A stretch of DNA of 64,000 nt from an uncultured delta proteobacterium (GCA_963745025.1 CAVUWD010000016.1:288001-352000), one strand, 5' to 3'; counted from the stretch's first letter, positions 39,856 to 50,364 are shown. Notes: generated by a model not told the origin, from the sequence alone. Numbers and translations: made by a program.

Positions 39856-40254
39856 ATGCAAGCTCGTCCCATCAATCCCCAACCGTTCCTCTCCGAGTCG
39901 TTCAACATCAATCAGGCAATCGAAGTGACCGGCGGCCAGCGCGTGCTGTACGTGTCCGGTCAGACCTCGAACGACGCGAGCGGTGCGCCGATGAACCCGG
40001 GTGATCTCGTCGCCCAGTTCAAGCTGGCCTGGAAGAATCTCGTCGAGGTACTCGCAGCCGCGAACATGGAGCCGAGGAACATCGTGCGGCTCAACTTCTA
40101 CACGACAGACGTCGAGACGTTCATGGCAAGGGCCGGGGAGATGGTGCCGGTCCTTGCGCAGGCGGGGTGCAAGCCGGTGGCGACGCTGCTCGGTGTCGTG
40201 CGCCTCTTCGAGCCGAGCATCATGGTCGAGATCGAAGCGACCGCCGTAGCCTGA
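39856..40254 (+). CDS. RidA/YjgF family protein
   Basis: AAGGAGG RBS; LYVSGQ, NLVEVL..A, VRLNFY, VEIEATA; lacks the canonical catalytic Arg (PVATLLGV). Confidence 0.9.
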   Translation: MQARPINPQPFLSESFNINQAIEVTGGQRVLYVSGQTSNDASGAPMNPGDLVAQFKLAWKNLVEVLAAANMEPRNIVRLNFYTTDVETFMARAGEMVPVLAQAGCKPVATLLGVVRLFEPSIMVEIEATAVA

Positions 40255-40463
40255 AGCGAATCTCGCGCTGAATGCGGTCTTGTCGGGTGGGGGGTAGGGA
40301 ATCGGGGTGAACGACCAGAGTAGGGCCTCGCGTCCCTCAATGTCTCCACGAAGTCTCCATGAGGTCGCGTGAGGTCGCCTCAACTGGCGTGAGGGATTGC
40401 CTGAAATCGGGGGATTTCTTACGTGAATTGACGCGACTTGACGTGATCTGAGGTGAAAAATTG

Positions 40464-40520
40464 GACTCAGGATCTTGTGGGGTAACACCTGTGGGGGTTC
40501 AAATCCCCCCTCTCGCATTA
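40464..40520 (+). repeat. att site: exact duplicate of the tRNA-Leu 3' portion
   Basis: 57/57 identity with 29715-29771. Confidence 0.97.
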
Positions 40521-40740
40521 GGTTTTCCAGAGAAGGGATTTCTCGGCGCTGGTGGAGGTCTTCCCACAGCTCGGGCCGCCGTGCCGCATGCCCCGTGCCG
40601 GGCCGGCCGCGCGGTACGTCGAGCGCGGGGTTCCTGCCCTTCGCGGCGGCCATCCCCCAGCGTACGGAGGCAACAGTTTGATCTTCAGAGGGCACCAGTT
40701 TACGGTTTACAAGCTCGCTTTACGGCAAATTCGCTTCGCC

Positions 40741-41811
40741 ATGTCCGACTGTCCCGCACACAACGCGCCGCAGACACCGCACAGGCGCCGTCCACGCTAC
40801 CGCGGGAAACACCCGCGCCGCTTCGAGGAGAAATACAAGGAGCGCGATCCGCAGCGTTATGCCGAGACGGTCGCGAAAGTTCTCGCCTCCGGCAAAACGC
40901 CTGCCGGCACGCACCGGCCCATCATGGTTGCCGAAATTCTAGAAACGCTTGCGCCCAAGCCTGGTGAGGTCGCCGTCGATTGCACGCTAGGCTACGGTGG
41001 GCATGCGCAGGAACTTCTCGCGCGGCTTCAGCCGGGCGGACTTTTGCTCGGTCTCGACGTCGATCCCATCGAACTTCCGAAGGCTGAGGCTCGATTACGA
41101 GCGCTTGGCTTCGGTCCCGAAAGTTTTACCGCGCACCGCACCAACTTTGCGGGTCTTCCGCAAGTCCTCGCCTCGACGGGATTCTCCGGCGCGGACATCA
41201 TTCTCGCTGACCTCGGCATGTCCTCGATGCAATTGGATGATCCGTCGCGCGGCTTGTCCCTGAAACATACCGGCCCGCTCGACCTGCGCATGAACCCGCA
41301 ACGCGGTCAGCCCGCCTCGGTGCTGGTCGAAAAAATACGGCCCGATGCGCTCGCAGAGTTGCTCGTCAGAAATGCGGATGAACCAAACGCGCGCTCTCTG
41401 GCCGAAAGGCTCGCTGGCCGCCACTTTGCTACCACCACATCGCTCGCGGCGACCATCCGCGCCGCGTTGCCGCGTGTCAACGACGAAGATCGCGAGCTTT
41501 CCATCCGCCGCGTCTTTCAAGCCCTGCGCATCGCCGTCAACGACGAATTTTCTGCGCTCGGAACTTTTCTGCGTCATCTTCCCGCGTGCCTCAATTCCGG
41601 CGGTCGCGTCGCGATCCTGACGTTCCACTCCGGTGAAGACCGGCGCGTGAAAAAGTCTTTCGAGTCCGGCCTGAGCGCTGGTCTCTACATCGACATCGCC
41701 CGCGAAGTCATTCGCCCCACGCCCGCCGAACGTCACGCCAATCCTCGTTCGGCGCCGGCCAAGTTGCGCTGGGCGCGGAAGGGCCGCAGCGGCGCAGTTG
41801 GCAGTTCGTAG
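40741..41811 (+). CDS. rsmH: RsmH/MraW-like SAM-dependent methyltransferase (non-dcw paralog)
   Basis: HRPIM, DCTLGYGGH, ADLGMSSMQLD, LDLRM, FQALRIAVNDE, FHSGEDR, NPRS..AKLR; extra basic N-terminus. Confidence 0.88.
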   Translation: MSDCPAHNAPQTPHRRRPRYRGKHPRRFEEKYKERDPQRYAETVAKVLASGKTPAGTHRPIMVAEILETLAPKPGEVAVDCTLGYGGHAQELLARLQPGGLLLGLDVDPIELPKAEARLRALGFGPESFTAHRTNFAGLPQVLASTGFSGADIILADLGMSSMQLDDPSRGLSLKHTGPLDLRMNPQRGQPASVLVEKIRPDALAELLVRNADEPNARSLAERLAGRHFATTTSLAATIRAALPRVNDEDRELSIRRVFQALRIAVNDEFSALGTFLRHLPACLNSGGRVAILTFHSGEDRRVKKSFESGLSAGLYIDIAREVIRPTPAERHANPRSAPAKLRWARKGRSGAVGSS

Positions 41812-41929
41812 TCCCGGCTCTAGCCGATTCCGATCTCGAGCGTCCGTTTCATGGTTTCAGACCATGCTTCGGGGCGTTCTCGTTGCCTGGCGGACCGCTG
41901 CGACCAAGCTTGCTGCGAACGCACGTGGG

Positions 41930-42008
41930 TTGACGTGACCCGAGCCCAAAAATAGAACTCACAGGATCTTGTGGGGTAACACCTGCTGGGGGGGCGGATT
42001 CCCCCTCG
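41930..42008 (+). repeat. Degenerate second att copy (tRNA-Leu 3' fragment plus element-side flank)
   Basis: Exact 24-mer CAGGATCTTGTGGGGTAACACCTG at 41962-41985; upstream flank resembles 40438-40468. Confidence 0.8.
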
Positions 42009-42040
42009 AATTTCTGTGTGCTTTCCCCCAACATTAGACG

Positions 42041-42646
42041 ATGGCCAAGCTCGTTCTCGTCCGTCACGGGCAATCGCTTTGGAACCTCGAGAATCGCTTT
42101 ACGGGATGGGTCGACGTCCCGCTGACGGACAAGGGGCGTGACGAGGCGCGTGTTGCCGGAGAGCGGCTGAGAGACATCCGCTTCGACGTGGTCTACACGT
42201 CGGTGCTGTCGCGCGCGCAAGAGACGCTAGAAATCATTCTCTCCGTTCTCGGGCAGCGCCCGCCGATGATCCGGGATCAGGCCCTGAACGAACGCCACTA
42301 CGGCGACCTCCAGGGGCTCAACAAGGAGAAGACCGCCGAGCGATACGGTGCCGAGCAGGTCAAGCTCTGGCGCCGCTCCTACGATGTGCCGCCGCCGAAC
42401 GGCGAGGCGCTGAAGAACACGGCCGAGCGCACGTTGCCATTCTTCGAGCGCGCGATTCTCGGCGATCTCCAGCTCGGCAAGAACGTGCTTGTCGTGGCGC
42501 ACGGCAACTCCAACCGTTCGATCGTCATGAAGCTCGACGGACTCACCAAGGAGCAGGTGATCGCTCTCGAGCTCGGCACCGGTGTGCCGCTCGTCTACGA
42601 GATTGGAGCGAGTGGTGAGGTGATTTCGAAGGAGATCAGAGGATGA
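42041..42646 (+). CDS. gpmA: 2,3-bisphosphoglycerate-dependent phosphoglycerate mutase
   Basis: LVRHGQSLWN..NRFTGW, LNERHYGDLQG, AHGNS. Confidence 0.96.
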   Translation: MAKLVLVRHGQSLWNLENRFTGWVDVPLTDKGRDEARVAGERLRDIRFDVVYTSVLSRAQETLEIILSVLGQRPPMIRDQALNERHYGDLQGLNKEKTAERYGAEQVKLWRRSYDVPPPNGEALKNTAERTLPFFERAILGDLQLGKNVLVVAHGNSNRSIVMKLDGLTKEQVIALELGTGVPLVYEIGASGEVISKEIRG

Positions 42647-42650
42647 GAGA

Positions 42651-42718
42651 GGCTACGGGACTACAGGCTACAGGCAAGGCACCTCGGAGTCCGTAGCTGT
42701 AGCCTGAAGCCCGTAGCC
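42651..42718. repeat. Heptamer-unit palindromic intergenic repeat, copy C
   Basis: GGCTACG GGACTACA GGCTACA GG...CTGTAGC CTGAAGC CCGTAGCC. Confidence 0.75.
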
Positions 42719-42726
42719 ATATTCTC

Positions 42727-45420
42727 ATGGACCTCCCGAAGACATACGAGCCGTCCGCGGTGGAAGAGAAGTGGTACCGCTTCTGGCGGGAGCGTGGCTA
42801 CTTTCACGGCGACGAGACGCGGGGCGGGAAGACGTTCTCGATGGTCATCCCGCCGCCGAACATCACCGGCTCGCTGCACATGGGCCATGCGCTCAACAAC
42901 ACCATTCAGGACATCCTCTGCCGCTACCACCGGATGCTCGGCGACGTGACGCTGTGGATTCCCGGAACCGACCACGCCGGCATCGCGACTCAGAACGTCG
43001 TCGAGCGCCAGCTCGCGGCCGAAGGCACGGATCGCCGCGCGATCGGTCGCGAGAAGTTCGTCGAGCGTGTCTGGTCGTGGAAGAAGGAATCGGGATCGAC
43101 GATCACGCGCCAGCTCGCGCGCCTCGGCGTGTCCTGCGACTGGGAGCGAGAGCGGTTCACGATGGACGAGGGACTGTCGCGCGCGGTGCGCGAGGTGTTC
43201 GTCACGCTCTACGAGCAGGGCCTCATCTACCGCGACCGCTATCTCATCAACTGGTGCCCTCGCTGCCGGACCGCGCTCTCGGATCTCGAGGCGGAGCACC
43301 AGGAGATTGCGGGCGAGCTCTACCATCTGCGCTACGCTTACGCCGACGGCTCGGGCGCGATCGTAGTCGCGACCACGCGGCCCGAGACCTTGCTTGGCGA
43401 TACCGCGGTCGCGGTTCACCCCGAGGACGAGCGCTATCGCGACAAGGTGGGCAAGGAGGTGATCCTGCCGGCTCTCGGCCGGCGCATCCCGATCATCGCA
43501 GATGCGGTGGTGTCGCGCGAGTTTGGCACGGGCGCGGTGAAGATCACCCCCGGCCACGATCCGAACGACTTTTTGACCGGCAAGCGCCACGGCCTGCCGA
43601 TGATCTCGGTGATGGACGAGGAGGCGCGCATGACGGTCGAGGCCGGTCGCTACCGAGGCCTCGACCGCTACGAGTGTCGCAAGCAACTGGTGGCGGATCT
43701 CGAGGCCGAGGGTCTCGTCGAGAAGATCGAGCCTCACCAGCTGGCCGTCGGGCAGTGCTATCGGTGTCGCACGGTCGTGGAGCCGCTGCTCTCCGTGCAG
43801 TGGTTCGTCAAGGTCGGCCCGCTCGCTGCCCCGGCGATTGCTGCCGTTCGCGAAGGTCGCACGCGCTTCGTGCCCGAGCACTGGGAGAAGGTCTACTACG
43901 GCTGGATGGAGAACATTCGCGACTGGTGCATTTCGCGCCAGTTGTGGTGGGGACACCAGGTGCCGGCGTGGTACTGCCTCGACTGCGATCGCGGCGCGAT
44001 CCGCGGCGCGGCGCCCGAGGGGATCATCGTGTCGGAGCACGCCATCCCGATCGTCTCGCGCACCGACCCGACCGACTGTCCGCGCTGCCACGAGAAGAAC
44101 CTGATCCGCGACGGCGACGTCCTCGACACCTGGTTCAGCTCGGCGCTCTGGCCCTTCAGCACGATGGGCTGGCCGGAGAGGACCGCGACGCTCTCGCGCT
44201 TCTATCCGACCTCCGCGCTGGTGACCGGCTTCGACATCATCTTCTTCTGGGTGGCCCGCATGATGATGATGGGCCTCCACTTCATGAACGACGTGCCATT
44301 CCGCGACGTCTACGTGCACGCGCTCGTGCGCGACGAGCAAGGCCAGAAGATGTCGAAGTCCAAGGGCAATGTCATCGACCCGCTCGCACTCCTCGACCGC
44401 TATGGAACCGACGCCTTGCGCTTCACCCTGGTCGCGCTCTCGGCGATGGGCCGCGACATCAAGCTCTCCGAGGACCGCGTGGAGGGGTATCGGAATTACG
44501 CGAACAAGATCTGGAACGCGGCGCGCTTCGTGCTCTTGAATGCCGCCGGCGAGCAGACGGTGCCAAGCGACTTGCCGCTTCCGGCCGACGACCTCACGCT
44601 CGCCGATCGCTGGATCCTCCACCGCTTCGCGGTGGTGAGCGCCGAGGTGCGGGCGGCTCTCGAATCGTACCGGTTCAACGAGGCGGCGTCGGCGCTCTAC
44701 CGCTTCCTCTGGTCGGACTACTGCGACTGGTATCTGGAGATGGCGAAGATCTCGCTCGCCGAGCCGGAGCGTCGCTCGACCACGCTCGGCGTGCTGGTCG
44801 GCGTGCTGGAGCGCTTTCTGCGCTTGCTTCATCCGTTCATGCCGTTCCTAACCGAGGAGCTCTGGCAGGCGCTTCCCGCGCCGAAGAGTGAGGAGAGCAT
44901 CGTGATCTCCGCCTATCCGGAGGCCGCCGGCGAGTGGCTGCGCGCCGACGTCGATGCGATGGACACAGTGATCGAGGCCATCCGCGCCGTTCGCAACGTG
45001 AGGGCGGATCTCAACGTGGCGCCGAGCGCGGCGATCGAGCTCGTGGTCTTCGGTGACGGCCGTCCACGCCTCGAGCCCCACGAGAGCTACCTTCGCCGGC
45101 TCGCGGGCGTAAAGACAATCGACTACCGTGACGGGGGAGAGCGCCCGAAGGGCGCGGCCACCGTGGTGGTCGACGGCCTCGAGCTGGCGATCCCGCTGCG
45201 CGGGCTCGTCGAGGATCCGGCGGCCGAGATCGCGCGCAACCGCAAGCAGCTCGAGAAGCTCGAGAAGGAGATGCGCGGCATCGCCGCCAAGCTCGCCAAC
45301 CCCCAGTTCCTCGAGCGCGCTCCCGCGGAGATCATCGAGAAGGAGCGAGAGAAGGAGCGCGAGCTCGCGGAGCGACGAGCGAGCCTCGAACGGAACGTCG
45401 AGCGGCTGAGCACCTTATGA
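42727..45420 (+). CDS. valS: Valine--tRNA ligase
   Basis: [31 protein letters not shown]-terminal coiled coil. Confidence 0.98.
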   Translation: MDLPKTYEPSAVEEKWYRFWRERGYFHGDETRGGKTFSMVIPPPNITGSLHMGHALNNTIQDILCRYHRMLGDVTLWIPGTDHAGIATQNVVERQLAAEGTDRRAIGREKFVERVWSWKKESGSTITRQLARLGVSCDWERERFTMDEGLSRAVREVFVTLYEQGLIYRDRYLINWCPRCRTALSDLEAEHQEIAGELYHLRYAYADGSGAIVVATTRPETLLGDTAVAVHPEDERYRDKVGKEVILPALGRRIPIIADAVVSREFGTGAVKITPGHDPNDFLTGKRHGLPMISVMDEEARMTVEAGRYRGLDRYECRKQLVADLEAEGLVEKIEPHQLAVGQCYRCRTVVEPLLSVQWFVKVGPLAAPAIAAVREGRTRFVPEHWEKVYYGWMENIRDWCISRQLWWGHQVPAWYCLDCDRGAIRGAAPEGIIVSEHAIPIVSRTDPTDCPRCHEKNLIRDGDVLDTWFSSALWPFSTMGWPERTATLSRFYPTSALVTGFDIIFFWVARMMMMGLHFMNDVPFRDVYVHALVRDEQGQKMSKSKGNVIDPLALLDRYGTDALRFTLVALSAMGRDIKLSEDRVEGYRNYANKIWNAARFVLLNAAGEQTVPSDLPLPADDLTLADRWILHRFAVVSAEVRAALESYRFNEAASALYRFLWSDYCDWYLEMAKISLAEPERRSTTLGVLVGVLERFLRLLHPFMPFLTEELWQALPAPKSEESIVISAYPEAAGEWLRADVDAMDTVIEAIRAVRNVRADLNVAPSAAIELVVFGDGRPRLEPHESYLRRLAGVKTIDYRDGGERPKGAATVVVDGLELAIPLRGLVEDPAAEIARNRKQLEKLEKEMRGIAAKLANPQFLERAPAEIIEKEREKERELAERRASLERNVERLSTL

Positions 45421-46262
45421 GCATCTTCGGGCAGGCTAGCGTTCGCCGGCTGATCCGGCTCGCCCTCGAGGAGGATGTGGGGCGCGGGGACGTGACCACC
45501 GCAGCGACGGTGGGAGAGGCGATCGAGGCGGTCGGGACGATCGTCGCTCGCCATCCGGTGGTCGTCGCGGGCTTGCCAATCGTCCCGGTGATCGTCGAGG
45601 AGGCGGGAATCGAGGCGCCGGGAATCGAGGCCCGTTGCCACGAAGGCGTGGCCGTCGGGTCGGAGACCGTGATCGGCGAGCTGCGTGGCAAGGCGGCCGG
45701 GCTCCTGACCATCGAGCGCGTGATGCTAAACTTCTTGCAGCGGATGTGTGGGGTCGCCACGCTGACGCGGCGTTACGTCGAGGCGGTTGCAGGCACACGC
45801 GCGAAGATCGTCGATACCCGGAAAACCGTGCCGGGGTGGCGGCTCCTCGACAAGTACGCGGTCGTGACCGGCGGCGGTGTGAACCATCGCTTCGGTCTCG
45901 ACGACGGCGTCTTGATCAAGGACAACCACATCGTCGCCAGCGGCGGCATTGGCGCCGCGATCGAACGCGCGCGGCGCCACGCGCATCACCTGATCCGCGT
46001 CGAGGTCGAGTGCGAGACGATGGCGCAGGTCGACGTGGCGCTTGCCACCGGCGTGGACGCGATCCTGCTCGACAACATGGCGGCAGCGGAGATCGCTGCG
46101 GCGGTGCGCCGCGTCGGCGGCAGAGTGTGCGTCGAGGCCTCGGGCGGGGTGACGCTCGCCACCGTGCGCGAAATCGCCGAGGCAGGGCCGGATCTGATTT
46201 CGGTCGGTGCGCTCACGCACTCGGCTCCGGCGGCCGATTTGTCGCTGGAGCTCAGGATTTGA
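45417..46262 (+). CDS. nadC: Nicotinate-nucleotide diphosphorylase (carboxylating)
   Basis: EED...GDVT, DTRKT.PG, HRFGLDD..LIKDNH, LLDNM, EASGG, GALTHS. Confidence 0.96.
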   Translation: MSIFGQASVRRLIRLALEEDVGRGDVTTAATVGEAIEAVGTIVARHPVVVAGLPIVPVIVEEAGIEAPGIEARCHEGVAVGSETVIGELRGKAAGLLTIERVMLNFLQRMCGVATLTRRYVEAVAGTRAKIVDTRKTVPGWRLLDKYAVVTGGGVNHRFGLDDGVLIKDNHIVASGGIGAAIERARRHAHHLIRVEVECETMAQVDVALATGVDAILLDNMAAAEIAAAVRRVGGRVCVEASGGVTLATVREIAEAGPDLISVGALTHSAPAADLSLELRI

Positions 46263-46425
46263 GAGGTTGCAGACTTCGGGAAACGACAGAGACGCCGGCC
46301 ACTCACCTTGCCCGTAGCCTGTACCCCCTCTCCAACGATTGCCCCCTTACAGCCTTTGGGCTATTTGCGGGAGCTCGCCGAAGCCGCGAGAGGAAACGAT
46401 TCGCGAACCCAAGGAGGAAGAAGCA

Positions 46426-47076
46426 ATGCAGATCTACGGCTCGTTTGGTCCGAACCCACGTGCGCTGAGGATGTTCGTCGCCGAGAAAGGCATCACGATC
46501 CCGACGAAGGAGCTCGACATCCTCGGCGGTGAGAACCGTCGCGCTCCCTACACCGACAAAAATCCGGGCGGCCAGCTGCCCGCGCTTGAGCTCGACGACG
46601 GAACGGTGATTGGTGAGACCGTGGCGATCTTCGAGTATCTCGAGGAGCAGAATCCGAAGGCGCCGCTCGTCGGCACCAACGCCAAAGAGCGCGCGGAGAC
46701 CCGCATGTGGCAGCGGAGGGTCGAGCAACGGATCACCGAGAACCTCTACAACGGATTCCGCTTCGCCGAGGGGCTCGCACTGTTCAAGGACCGCATGCGC
46801 TGCCTGCCGGAGGCGGCTGCCGGCTTGAAGCAGAACGCCCAGGACAACCTGCACTGGCTGGACAAGCTGCTCGGCAACCGAAATTTCATCGTGCCCGACC
46901 GCTTCACCATCGCGGACATCATCCTCTATTGCGCGCTCGACTTCGGCCAGAGCGTCGGCCAGGCGCTGCCGAGCGATGCGCCGAAGGTGAAGGCGTGGTT
47001 CGACCGCGTGGCGGCCCGACCGAGCGCAAAGGCAAGCCTGCACCCCAACTCGGCGCAAGTCGGGATGCGGGGCTGA
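46426..47076 (+). CDS. Glutathione S-transferase family protein
   Basis: PNPRALRMF..EKG, NPGGQLPAL, GETVAI.EYLEE, FTIADI. Confidence 0.9.
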   Translation: MQIYGSFGPNPRALRMFVAEKGITIPTKELDILGGENRRAPYTDKNPGGQLPALELDDGTVIGETVAIFEYLEEQNPKAPLVGTNAKERAETRMWQRRVEQRITENLYNGFRFAEGLALFKDRMRCLPEAAAGLKQNAQDNLHWLDKLLGNRNFIVPDRFTIADIILYCALDFGQSVGQALPSDAPKVKAWFDRVAARPSAKASLHPNSAQVGMRG

Positions 47077-47125
47077 CACCGGCCGTCGGATCATCCCCGG
47101 CCGGCCGAAGACCGGAGAAACGTTC

Positions 47126-47962
47126 ATGCACCACGGCGTAGTGTTCTTCCAGGGCGATTTTGCCATGCGTCCCGGCGATGTGGCCCGCGCCTCCGAGGAT
47201 CGCGGGTTCGAGTCGATCTTCTTCGTCGACCACACCCACATCCCGGTGCGGCGCACTACGCCGTATGCGCTCGGCGGCGAGCTGCCGAAGGACTACTACC
47301 ATAATCACGACATCTTCGTGGCGATGTCGTTCGCCGCAGCGGCGACCAAGAAGATCAAGATCGGCAGCGGCATCTGTCTCGTCATCGAGCGCGATCCGAT
47401 CACTCTCGCCAAGGAGGTCGCGAGCCTCGACTTCCTCTCGAACGGCCGAGTGATCTTCGGCATCGGCGGCGGCTGGAACCGCGAGGAGATGGAGGATCAC
47501 GGCACGACCTTCCCCACGCGGTGGAAGCTCCTCCGCGAGCGCGTCGAAGCGATGAAGGCGATCTGGCGCGAAGACGAGGCCGAGTATCACGGCGAGCTGG
47601 TGCGCTTCGACAAAATCTGGTCGTGGCCCAAGCCCGTGCAGAGGCCGCATCCGCCGATCCTGCTCGGCGGTCACGGCGAGAAGGCGTTCGATCGGGTGAT
47701 CCGCTACTGCGACGGCTGGATGCCGCTCACGTGGGTGGACAAGAACATTGTCCCCGAGATCGGCCAGCTCCGTGGCCGAGCGAAGCGTGCGGGCCGCGAC
47801 CCACGAACGATCTCGGTCACGGTCTTCGGCGCCGCACCCGACGCCAAGGAGCTCGCCGCGTATGCCGAGGCCGGAGTTGCGCGGGTGCTCTTCGGGCTGC
47901 CCAATGCCGCGGCCGATCAGGTGTTGCCGGCGCTCGATCGCCTGGCGAAGCTGCGCGCGTAG
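47126..47962 (+). CDS. LLM-class (probably F420-dependent, Rv2161c-like) oxidoreductase
   Basis: DHTHIP, ERDPITLAKEVASLD.LS.GR, GGWNREEM, PKPVQ.PHPP. Confidence 0.88.
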   Translation: MHHGVVFFQGDFAMRPGDVARASEDRGFESIFFVDHTHIPVRRTTPYALGGELPKDYYHNHDIFVAMSFAAAATKKIKIGSGICLVIERDPITLAKEVASLDFLSNGRVIFGIGGGWNREEMEDHGTTFPTRWKLLRERVEAMKAIWREDEAEYHGELVRFDKIWSWPKPVQRPHPPILLGGHGEKAFDRVIRYCDGWMPLTWVDKNIVPEIGQLRGRAKRAGRDPRTISVTVFGAAPDAKELAAYAEAGVARVLFGLPNAAADQVLPALDRLAKLRA

Positions 47963-48017
47963 GCCGTGCGAATCGTTGCCAGGCGGTTGCCAAAGATTTG
48001 CCAAAGGAGTCAGTGAC

Positions 48018-48389
48018 ATGAGTCAGAAGACACTCTATGAACGCCTGGGCGGCTATGATGCGATCTGCGCGGTTGCGAACGATCTCTTGCCGCGCTTGCA
48101 AGCGGATCCGCGATTGGGGCGCTTCTGGCAGCATCGGGGCGAGGACGGCATCGAGCGGGAAAAGCAGCTGCTGATCGATTTCCTCTGCTCGAGCGCCGGC
48201 GGTCCGCTCTACTATACGGGACGGGACATGAAGATCTCGCACAAGGGGATGAAGATCAGCGAAGGCGATTGGGGGGCGTTGTTGGCACACCTGAACGCCA
48301 CGCTCGACGCCTTCAAAGTGCCACAGCCGGAACGGGGCGAGGTCGTCGCGTTCATACAGAGCACGAAGACGGATATCGTCGAAGTGTAA
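48018..48389 (+). CDS. Group I truncated (2/2) hemoglobin
   Basis: TLYERLGG, GGP..YTGRDM...H.GM.I motifs; AAGGAG RBS. Confidence 0.9.
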   Translation: MSQKTLYERLGGYDAICAVANDLLPRLQADPRLGRFWQHRGEDGIEREKQLLIDFLCSSAGGPLYYTGRDMKISHKGMKISEGDWGALLAHLNATLDAFKVPQPERGEVVAFIQSTKTDIVEV

Positions 48390-48408
48390 AGGAGGCATCA
48401 GCGAGCCA

Positions 48409-49641
48409 ATGGAAGCCCTCTACATCGTCGGCGTCGGCATGACGCGCTTCGGGAAGCTGCTCGAGCGTTCGGTGAAGGATCTCACCCGCGAGGCGGTGAC
48501 CGCCGCGCTCCGCGACGCCGGCTGCTCCGTGTCGGATCCTGAAGCGGCGTATTTTTCCAACGCGTGTCAGGGGCACATGCAGGGCCAGGATCTGATCCGC
48601 GGTGAGATCGCGCTGCGATCGATGGGCATCGAGGGAATCCCCGTGACCAACGTCGAGAACGCCTGCGCGAGCGCGAGCACGGCACTTTATGGGGCGGTGC
48701 AATTTCTGCGCGCGGGTATGGGCGAGATCGCGCTCGCCGTCGGCGTAGACAAGATGTACTCGACGGACCGCGCGAAGATGTTCAGCGTGTTCGACAGCGG
48801 GTGGGACGTGGAGACGGTGGAGGAGAACCGGCAGCGCTTGCTCGCTCTCGGGGCGGGTGTCCCGGTTCCCGAGGGCACGATGTCGACGCGACCGTACAGC
48901 GCGATGATGGACGTGTACGCCGCGTGGGCGCGCTTTCACATGCGCACGTTCGGGACGACGCGGGAACAAATCGCCGCGGTCGCGGCCAAGAACCACCAGC
49001 ACTCGACGGAGAATCCTCTCTCGCAGTACCGCGAGGCCTACAGCGTGGAAGAGGTGCTGAGGGCGCCGCCGATCACCTATCCTTTGACGCTGCCGATGTG
49101 TGCGCCGATCAGCGACGGCGCGGCGGCGGCGGTCATCGTCCGCGAGAGCGTGCTCGGGCGCTTTGATCGGCGCCGTGCGATCAAGATTTGCGCGTCGGTC
49201 TTGATGAGCGGCACAGACCGGCGGCCCGAGGAGGTCGAGAAGCACATCGGGCGCCGCGCGGCGTTGAAGGCCTACGAGCAAGCGGGAGTCGGCCCTCGAG
49301 ACATGTCCCTCGCCGAGGTGCACGACGCGACCGCGATGGGCGAGATCATTCAGATCGAGAACCTCGGCTTCTGTCCCTTTGGCGAGGGGGGGCCGACGGC
49401 CGCGCGCGGTGAAACGCGGATCGGCGGGCGCATTCCCGTGAACCCCTCCGGCGGCCTCGAATCGAAGGGACATCCGATCGGCGCCACGGGTCTTGGCCAG
49501 GTCTTCGAACTCGCGACCCAGCTCCGCGGTGAGGCGGGCCGGCGACAGGTCGAGAATGCGCGCTTCGCGATCGCCGAGAACGGCGGTGGCATCTACGGCA
49601 TCGAGGAGGCCGCCTGCTGCGTCACGATCTTGGGGGGCTGA
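48409..49641 (+). CDS. SCP2/SCP-x type thiolase
   Basis: VENACAS, SDGAAA, AEVHDA, NPSGGLESKGHPIGATG. Confidence 0.92.
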   Translation: MEALYIVGVGMTRFGKLLERSVKDLTREAVTAALRDAGCSVSDPEAAYFSNACQGHMQGQDLIRGEIALRSMGIEGIPVTNVENACASASTALYGAVQFLRAGMGEIALAVGVDKMYSTDRAKMFSVFDSGWDVETVEENRQRLLALGAGVPVPEGTMSTRPYSAMMDVYAAWARFHMRTFGTTREQIAAVAAKNHQHSTENPLSQYREAYSVEEVLRAPPITYPLTLPMCAPISDGAAAAVIVRESVLGRFDRRRAIKICASVLMSGTDRRPEEVEKHIGRRAALKAYEQAGVGPRDMSLAEVHDATAMGEIIQIENLGFCPFGEGGPTAARGETRIGGRIPVNPSGGLESKGHPIGATGLGQVFELATQLRGEAGRRQVENARFAIAENGGGIYGIEEAACCVTILGG

Positions 49642-50290
49642 GGCGTCGCCTGCCTCCCGGTCGCGAGCGCGCGTCGTTGGGTGGCAACAAGCCGTGCTCG
49701 ACGATGTCGTAGAACTCGGCGAAGGCCTGGCTCATCGTCAGCCCGACCCGCGCGAGCATTTCCGGGTCGACGAGCTGCGCGACCACGTTGAGCATGACCT
49801 CGGCGATGAGCTTCGCGTGGACGCCGCGAAAGTGCCCGCGCGTCGCGCCGTCATGGATGAGCCGCTCGAGGCCCGCGATCCGCTCCCGTTGATGGCTCAT
49901 CAGGCGCCGATGCGTGGCCGGAAAACGCGATAGATCGCGCACGAATTGCGCTCCGGCGTCGCGCGTGGCGATGATCGCGGCACCGAGGTAACCGGTGAGG
50001 GCGGCAAATGGATCCGTGGCCGCCGCGGCGGCGGCCACGCCCGCGCGCCGAAGCTTGGCGAGCCAGCGCTCGACGACGAGCTCGAAGAGCTTTTCGCGGC
50101 TCGGCGCGAGCTGATAGAGGGCGCGCTTGGAGCAGTGCAGCCGGCGCGCCAGCTCCTCGGTGCGGAAGTGCAGGAAGCCGTCGCGCAGGAAGACGTGCTC
50201 GAGCTCCTCGAGCAGGCGCTCCAAGCGTGGCGAAGCGAGGCGCAGGACAGGGACTGGCTTGGATGAGGAAGATTTCGCTTGACGCTGCAT
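49622..50290 (-). CDS. TetR/AcrR family regulator (copy 1)
   Basis: HTH FLRDGF....EELARRLHCSKRALY.....EKLF; divergent from apcA. Confidence 0.88.
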   Translation of the reverse strand: MQRQAKSSSSKPVPVLRLASPRLERLLEELEHVFLRDGFLHFRTEELARRLHCSKRALYQLAPSREKLFELVVERWLAKLRRAGVAAAAAATDPFAALTGYLGAAIIATRDAGAQFVRDLSRFPATHRRLMSHQRERIAGLERLIHDGATRGHFRGVHAKLIAEVMLNVVAQLVDPEMLARVGLTMSQAFAEFYDIVEHGLLPPNDARSRPGGRRRLSPPRS

Positions 50291-50300
50291 GAAAACCCGT

Positions 50301-50326
50301 GGTACCGGGTGCGAGATCATAGTACC
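50301..50326. promoter_or_regulatory. Candidate TetR operator
   Basis: GGTAC-N16-GTACC between tetR1 and apcA; similar site at 60235-60260. Confidence 0.5.
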
Positions 50327-50364
50327 GGAGGATCCGAGGGGTCAAGCGACGAGGGAGACGCTTC

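Larger units (their letters stand above)
29715..40520. mobile_element. Decayed integrative element (prophage/satellite remnant) inserted in the tRNA-Leu 3' end
   Basis: Exact 57-bp direct repeat at 29715-29771 and 40464-40520, adjacent tyrosine integrase, terminase genes, many gene fragments. Confidence 0.93.

Noticed and set aside
40464-40520. Possible second tRNA-Leu gene
   Set aside because: Lacks the 5' acceptor strand and D arm; it is an att duplicate
42661-44832. Long antisense ORF of 723 aa (also 27669-29546, 53904-55346, 55398-56639 and similar)
   Set aside because: Shadow frames of well-supported genes in high-GC DNA, with no motifs
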